A DNA stretch of 64,000 bases from Octopus sinensis (taxonomy: Eukaryota): assembly GCF_006345805.1 (NCBI RefSeq), contig NC_043003.1:51398001-51462000 (forward strand), read 5' to 3'. The notes beneath the pieces were generated by a model. The model was not told where the DNA came from. It did no database searches and saw nothing but the letters and a program-made list of their open reading frames with translations. Of this stretch, positions 57,255 to 64,000 are shown one piece after another. Each line of letters starts with the position of its first letter. Within the stretch, counting starts at the first letter, position 1. The position numbers were made by a program, and so were the translations under genes.

Positions 57255-57780
57255 TGATGACCAATGCCAAATGATAATCAGATGGGGTAATGTCTGGTGA
57301 ATATGGTGGGTGGGGCATCGTTTCCCAGTCCAACTGGAGTGTCGTTCTCACTGTATATGGCCAAGCATTATCCTGATGGAAGAGCACCTTTCATCTTGAA
57401 ACCAAAGATGGTCATTTTTCTTCTAGCACTGACTTGAATGACCAAATCCTAGTTTTTTCTGCAAGTTCCTCAACAGTTATGATAGAAGTTTGTCCCACCA
57501 GGGTTTGCAGGACATCTTCATTGAGCTCCACAGATCTTCCAGGACAAGGCTCATCTTCTAAGCTGTAGTTTCTGGCTCAGAATTTCTGGAACCACCATTG
57601 AAACTGGCTTACACTTATTGTCTAATCCCCATATACTTCATTAATGTTCCTCACACTTTCTGTTGAGTTGTTGCCTTTATTGAACTCATAAAGAAAAATA
57701 TGGCCAAATATGCTCCTTTGTCACTTCCATTATAGCTTTGAAAAAATAACTGTTAAAATCAAACTTTTAAAACTTTTACT
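57255..57780 (-). mobile_element. Mariner fossil with internal deletion
   Basis: MEVTKEHI..FLYEFNKG, SLEDEPCPGRSVELNED, then a degenerate HPPYSPDI region. Confidence 0.75.
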
Positions 57781-57871
57781 AAGAATAAGGACAATGTAAA
57801 ATTGTTACCTACTTTTATAGCAATTTGATGCAGTTAGTTCATCCTGTCCCCCTGCAACATTTAGTTTGTGC

Positions 57872-58268
57872 AATTCTTTTCTACTCTAGGCACAAGGCCT
57901 GAAATTTTGGGGGAAGAGGCCAGTTGATTAGATCGACCCCAGTATGCAACTGGTACTTAATTTATTGACCCAGGAAGGATGAAAGACAAAGACGACTTCG
58001 GTGGAATTTGAACTCAGAACTTAATGACAGACAAAATATCTATTTCTTTACTACCCACAAGGGGCTAAACACAGAGAGGACAAACAAGGAAAGACAAACG
58101 GATTAAGTCGATTATATCGATCCCAGTGTGTAACTGGTACTTATTTAATCAACCCCGAAAGGATGAAAGGCAAAGTTGACCTAGGCGAAATTTGAACTCA
58201 GAATGCAGCGGCGGACGAAATACCACAAAGCATTTCGCCCAGCATGCTAACGATTCTGCCAGCTCACT
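57872..58268 (-). mobile_element. SINE family 1 tandem dimer
   Basis: Two cores joined at tatttctttactacccacaagggg. Confidence 0.85.
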
Positions 58269-58500
58269 GCAATTTGAAAAAAACCCACATTATTGATGGG
58301 GTGACTCAATACATCAAATCAACACTGTAAACACATCCAAGGCACTGAGTTGTGCTTAGTTGAAATAATAATAACGTGTAAATTGGCAAAATGAGAAAAA
58401 AATTCAATAGATAAATATTGAATGGGTTTGATGGAATAAAACATAAATCAAAATGTTATATTTCAGGCATTTAGCACATATTGTGTCGTTTCCACTTCAG

Positions 58501-58623
58501 AGTTTCATCAATAGAGCTGTAACATCAGTAAATGGTATTGTACAGGAAATAGTCATTCTAAAAACAGACTACTTCAGACAACCTACTGTCCTACTGGTTA
58601 AAATAGAATACCTTCAACGTGAA
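58501..58623 (+). CDS. Internal exon (41 codons) of the unidentified gene
   Basis: tttccacttcag| ... GAA|gtaagt, phase 0/0, SFINRAVTSVNGIVQEIVILKTDYFRQPTVLLVKIEYLQRE. Confidence 0.62.
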
Positions 58624-58789
58624 GTAAGTACAAAGGTTTTATTTTTTATTCATATCCTATGGGTGAATCACTGAGACATCAGCTGTTCACAGACGTGTTG
58701 AACACAGTTTATGTATGGATTCATTAAGATTCCATTTAGATAGAGGCACATTATTAAAATGGTCAGTCAGAAAGTAATGCGATGCTTAC

Positions 58790-59195
58790 TCCCTTTTCTT
58801 TTACTCTCTTTTACTTGTTTCCGTCATTTGACTGTGGCCATGCTGGAGCACCGCCTTTAGTTGAGCAAATCGACCCCAGGGCATATTCTTTGGAAGCCTA
58901 GAACTTATTCTATCGGTCTCTTTTGCCGAATCACTATGTTACGAGAGCGTAAACACACCAGCATCGGTTGTCAAGTGATGTTGGGGGGACAATCACAGAC
59001 ACACAAACATATACACACACATATATATATATATACATACATATGACGAGCTTCTTTCAGTTTCTGTCTGCCAAATCCACTCACAAGGCTTTAGTCGGCC
59101 TGAGGCTATAGTAGAAGACACTTGTCCAAGGTGCCACGCAGTGCGACTGAACCCGGAACCATGTGGTTGGTAAGCAAGCTACTTACGACAAAGCC
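58790..59195 (-). mobile_element. SINE family 2 (another 3' fragment at 57055-57195)
   Basis: Head, core and tail motifs. Confidence 0.85.
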
Positions 59196-61429
59196 ACTCT
59201 TGCTTGCTTACATTATTTTTCACTTCACCCCCATACATACAAGAGTCATTATGTAATACAATTAAAAATTGCATAACTTTCTTACTCACCCTTGTGCAAA
59301 GTCAGACTCAGTTCACCCATAAATAACATATTGAATGGAACAGGTTGCATATTTTCTTTCCATTCATAGACCTTCATGGGCTTATATCCTATTTCTCAGG
59401 TTTGAAGCAAGTGAGATGCATATTTTCCTCTCGATAACATGTTACTTGGTGGCAAATAACATTTTCCATGAGAGAAAGGAGACACAAATCTCTGGATCAT
59501 TTACTAATTTTGCTTTGCAAACATTATTTAGAGAAAAATCATACTTCCCAGCAAGCAGTACTTCATGCTACTAAACCAGCTCAGCCATTTAGAGATAAGA
59601 GTTTTGACCTCAAGTAAATCATAACACAGAACAGCTCTTGGCTGATTATCCAAATACAAGATGATTGTCTAAATATACGACTGCCCAGTTAAACTAAATA
59701 TCAATGACAACAATAATAACACCATCAATAATAACAACAATGGGGTCGTAAAATGTCAAATGAATTTCTCAGATATTTTCTGTCTCAATGTTATACTGTA
59801 CTACAGAATATATCCATAGATTTTTAAACAATGCTACGTTTAGGCAGGTGTAAACACATCTTTATGTACAATATATTGATGGATAGAAGAATGTTTCAAA
59901 CTATTTTGGGGTTTCGCTGTGAGTACCGTCTTCAACTGTTTGCAAACATATGGTGTCTCCAAGCAGACTGTTAGTACAAGGAAGATAATTATTTCTTTAT
60001 TATATGTGGTGGAATTAGAAGTTTGAATTTAAAATTAAGGAATAAGGTAAAAATGCACAGAATACACATATTTGAGGGGGGGGGGGTTGTTTTTTTGTTT
60101 GCTGCTTTCTTATTATGGAGATCTTAAAATTTCTAGTCAGTGCTAATCATGCATAGTACTATTTCATTCATTTAAAAAATTATCAGCATGACATAGCCCA
60201 AGCTATATAAATCAAACATTTTATGAAGTGAAACATTGCTCATAGATGGAAAATAATTTGTCTGGAAGAAGTCAGGGAATGCTTGTCTTCTGTTTTACCT
60301 TTATCTTCATGGCACAGGCTGAAATTTGTTATACCAATTTGCATATATAATTGATTGACAGTTTATTTTTGTTGTTTGTCATTTAATATCAATAAAAACT
60401 ATTGAAATTGTACTGAATGATGACTAATGTTGATGCATGCACTATCTGGTCTAATAAATTAATGAATAATCATCTCAATGTATTTGTCTTACTTGGGTAA
60501 GAAGATGAGATTCTGAAAAGTGCTACAAATATTTCTGTGTGAAGTTACAATGAGTCAGTAATCTTGAAACTACAATACAAAAATGTGGTCACTCAATGTT
60601 AATCCCTCTGAGTCACAATAATCTCATATACCTGGTGCTTAATCACCTGTTTCATTACCTTATGTGGATGAGAGGTATATATGACCTTGACAGGGTGCTA
60701 CACCATCTTAGGTCAGTAGCTTTTTCTCTATTCCACACAAAGGGTTAAATTCATTTCTGCAAGTTAATGAATCAGTTGTCAAATCAACAGTTCTTTTGTT
60801 GCTTGGAGCAAGGGATTGTTCCTCCCCTGCATTACCCATTAACCTGTTTACAGCTGAGTAGACTGGGCCACCTGTGAATTAGTGTCTTGGCCTTGGGCAC
60901 AAGTTGTTCTTATCTTGCATAACCTGTTTACATTCAGGTGGACTGGATCAGTTGTGAATTAGTGTCCTGAACTTGATTCTACCTTTGCTAACTATATACA
61001 GCTTAGTAGACTGAGTCATCTCTGAATTATTATCCTAGCCTTGAACACAATAAATTGTTTCCAGGCCATGGTAAATATTTTGTTAAGTTGACTGAAGCTA
61101 TTTTACAGTCTAGTGTCCTGACTACAAGCATAGCATGTGCCAAGTACAGGACTTGAACTGGTGGTGTCTTGCCCAGTTTCCTAGACATCTGTTATCCTAT
61201 TCAGTAAGCCTTCTGCACTCTTTAGTCCCTTGTAGTAAAATCAGGGATTAATATTAGAATTTACAGGATGAATTAATGAAGATTTTTCTCATATGGTTTG
61301 GGAATAGTTACAAGTGAAACCTTGTTTAAAATTTAATCAAGTTAACATTGTTGTTTTGCCTTAAGTCAATCCTAATCATTCAGACTTTTTACAAAAATCA
61401 TTCAAACATTTCACTTCCTAACGCCAGCC

Positions 61430-61650
61430 ACTCCATGAGTGCAATGGGTGCTTTTTACATGCCACTGGCACAGGTGCCAGACGAGGCTGGCAAACAGCCA
61501 GAATCGGATGGTGCTTTTTATGTGCCACCAGCACGGAGGCCAGTCGGGGCGGCGCTGGCAACGGCCACGTTTGGATGGTTCTCTTATGTGCCACCGGCAC
61601 TGGTATCACAACTACAATTTCCATTGATGTTGATCGATTTTGATTTTGAA
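61430..61650 (+). repeat. Short GC-rich tandem modules, probably a retroelement 3' end
   Basis: ggtgctttt(t)atgtgccac(c)ggcac motif three times, then a gattttgattttga tail. Confidence 0.5.
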
Positions 61651-62127
61651 TTATTTCTTTATTATATGTGAGCATAGTGTACCTCAGACTACATGATTTA
61701 ATGAGCTTACTTTTAAGATAGTTAGTTATGATTTGAGGATATTTTGGTTGCAGCTGTTGTAGATCCAAGTGACTAAATTTAAATCATCTCATATTAGGAT
61801 GTAAAGTGGGTTACCCATGTTACTTTCCTTTTTCATGAAAAATATAAATATTTCCAACAATTTCAATTGATGTATGTTTTAAATACTTGAAATGTTGTTA
61901 TATTGGTTGTCTTTTTAGGTTAATTTTTACTGCAACCAATCAAAAACAGTTTTCACTTTCAATCGACTCATTTTTCCACTGCCATATCTACATATTGGAA
62001 ATGATAAGAAGTTCCAAGCAAGCAACAGAATAGGACTTCCTGTTTTGTTGTCACTGAATTTAAAAGAGTATGAAAGGTAAGGAACTCATGTTACAACAGT
62101 CTTTCGTGTCACAGAGAGGGATTGAAA

Positions 62128-62352
62128 AGGCGGCGAGCTGGCAGAAACATTAGCAGAAATGCTTCGCGGTATTTCGTCTGTTTTTACATTCTGAGTTCAA
62201 ATTCCACCGAGGTTGACTTTGCCTTTCATCCTTTCAGGGTCAATTAAATAAGTACCAGTTATGCACTGGAGTCGATGTAATCGACTTAATCCATTTGTCT
62301 CTCCTTGTTTGTCCCCTCTGTGTGTAGCCCCTTGTGGGCAGTAAAGAAATAA
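62128..62352 (+). mobile_element. SINE family 1
   Basis: aaggcggcgagctggcagaaac head. Confidence 0.85.
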
Positions 62353-62847
62353 GAGAGGGATTGAACTTGGAGAGCATATGACACTGTCCTCAATACATTG
62401 AAATATTGTAATTGTGTGTAATAGGATATTAGAAGAATATATACTTCTCAATAGCACCTTCTCAATAGGGTCCTTTTAGAAGCAGCTATCATTAAACTTT
62501 CCAAATGGATTCCCGAGCATGACCAACTAAAACCATGGATATTATCCAATCAACTTGGTCTTGGGCTTACCTAGGTCACCTGCCAGTTGGCTTGGCCTGA
62601 AGTATCCATTTTGCAATTCTTTCCTGTGATTTTCTAATCATATTTCAGTAGTACCAGAGCTGTGACCTCTCACATTATACTTTGAGATATTTAATTTCTA
62701 ATTTGGATCCAGATGCTAAATGATGATGATGATGATGATGATGAATCTCAAAATTTCACAGTCCAAATACATAGTCCTAATGGGGGAATTTCTAGAGAGA
62801 ATTTTCTTTACCACATTTAACTATGTTGCTTTTATTTTATTTGACAG

Positions 62848-63004
62848 GAAACGGCTGTTGAAAAACTATTTGTCCCTCTCTGTTCAACCTGATATGTGCC
62901 CTTCATATATAGAGTGGGACTACAAAGGGTTAACTTATTGCTCCTGGAATAAAGAAAACATTAATTATAACAAGCTTTTCTACAATGAACTTTCAGATAT
63001 AAAG
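62848..63004 (+). CDS. Internal exon (157 bp, phase 2/0), probably the same unidentified gene
   Basis: ttttatttgacag| ... AAG|gtaact; KRLLKNYLSLSVQPDMCPSYIEWDYKGLTYCSW... Confidence 0.55.
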
Positions 63005-63565
63005 GTAACTTTTACCTCAACAAAATCATTTTTCTATCCACTGTTCCAAGTTAACATACATGTATACATACATACAAAATATTTCAGTGATTCTTCATTT
63101 GAGATAGCTGGGTGAACATATACAAATAGTTACATATGCACATGTAATACACATGCATGCACACCTTGTTTAAACAATAACAAAGCAAACTCTCTAATCG
63201 AGTACAAGTTTAGTCACACAAACAGACACACACATACTTATATATATGTATAAATCAATTTATAATACTACAAAGTCTAAGAATTATCTTGACTTAAACA
63301 AAAGAATCTTGCCACATTGTTACTGACAAGATTGAGTTCTTCTAAGGGAAAACTTCAGTGAATCCCAAAGTAATTTACAGACAACGTTCCTTCTAATTGT
63401 TTTACTGTGGGTGCAGGCAATGAGCACAAAAGGAAATGGCATGCATTTGCTTAGGTCGTCCGTATGATATTTGAGAGATGGTTATTTGCATGGATGAAAA
63501 CATACTTGCAAAGAAAGTTAAAACTTGTGTAAAGCGAAATTTTGCCTGCACACATGTATACATTT

Positions 63566-63604
<39 letters not shown>

Positions 63605-63607
<3 letters not shown>

Positions 63608-63900
63608 GCAGTAGTGGCAGTGTGGTAAGTAGCTTGCTTACCAACCACATGGCTCCAAATTCAGTCCCATTACATGGCACCTTGGGTAAGTGTCTTCTAC
63701 TATAGCCTTAGGCCAACCAAAGCCTCATGAGTAGATTTAGTAGATGGAAACTGAAAGAAGCCCATCATATGTGTGTGTGTGTGTTCGCATGTGTTTGTGT
63801 GTGTGTTTGCATGTGTGTTTGTTTGCATGTGTGTGTGTTTGCGTGTGTGTGTGTGTGTTCGCATGTGTGTGTGTTTGCATGTGTGTGTGTGTGTGTCTCT
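63605..63900 (+). mobile_element. SINE family 2, 5' part ending in (TG)-rich repeat
   Basis: gtggtaagtagcttgcttaccaaccacatgg head. Confidence 0.85.
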
Positions 63901-64000
63901 CTTTCTCCGTCTCTCTACCCCTCATTCTCCAATTCCCTCCTTCCCATTTGATTTCTTGGCAGCTAATCTTATTTAAAACATAACTTTCTAAAATGTTTTT

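Overview
AT-rich, microsatellite-dense animal genomic DNA, most likely Octopus (inferred from recognisable octopus tRNA-derived SINE families), with one 100-N gap (54313-54412). No rRNA, convincing tRNA gene or CRISPR. Positions 1-33 kb form a mosaic of near-identical duplicated blocks whose breakpoints all lie in microsatellites, and 1-2557 recurs inverted directly after the gap. Host-gene content: (i) a two-exon minus-strand gene for a signal-peptide-bearing, dibasic-site-rich protein (32445-25829) plus a scrambled, damaged second copy; (ii) an MMACHC/CblC-like pseudogene (47795-51455) interrupted by a full-length hAT transposon; (iii) exons of an unidentified multi-exon gene split across the inversion. 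Mobile elements: a near-full-length CR1-type LINE whose ORF2 lacks an upstream ATG and overlaps ORF1 at a G_GGA_AAC slippery site, Penelope remnants carrying hammerhead-ribozyme folds, mariner, maT and pogo fossils, hAT MITEs (one holding a higher-order 400-bp array), Helentron-like elements and many SINEs. Most short ORFs in the supplied track are microsatellite artefacts. All alignments and folds were done by eye.
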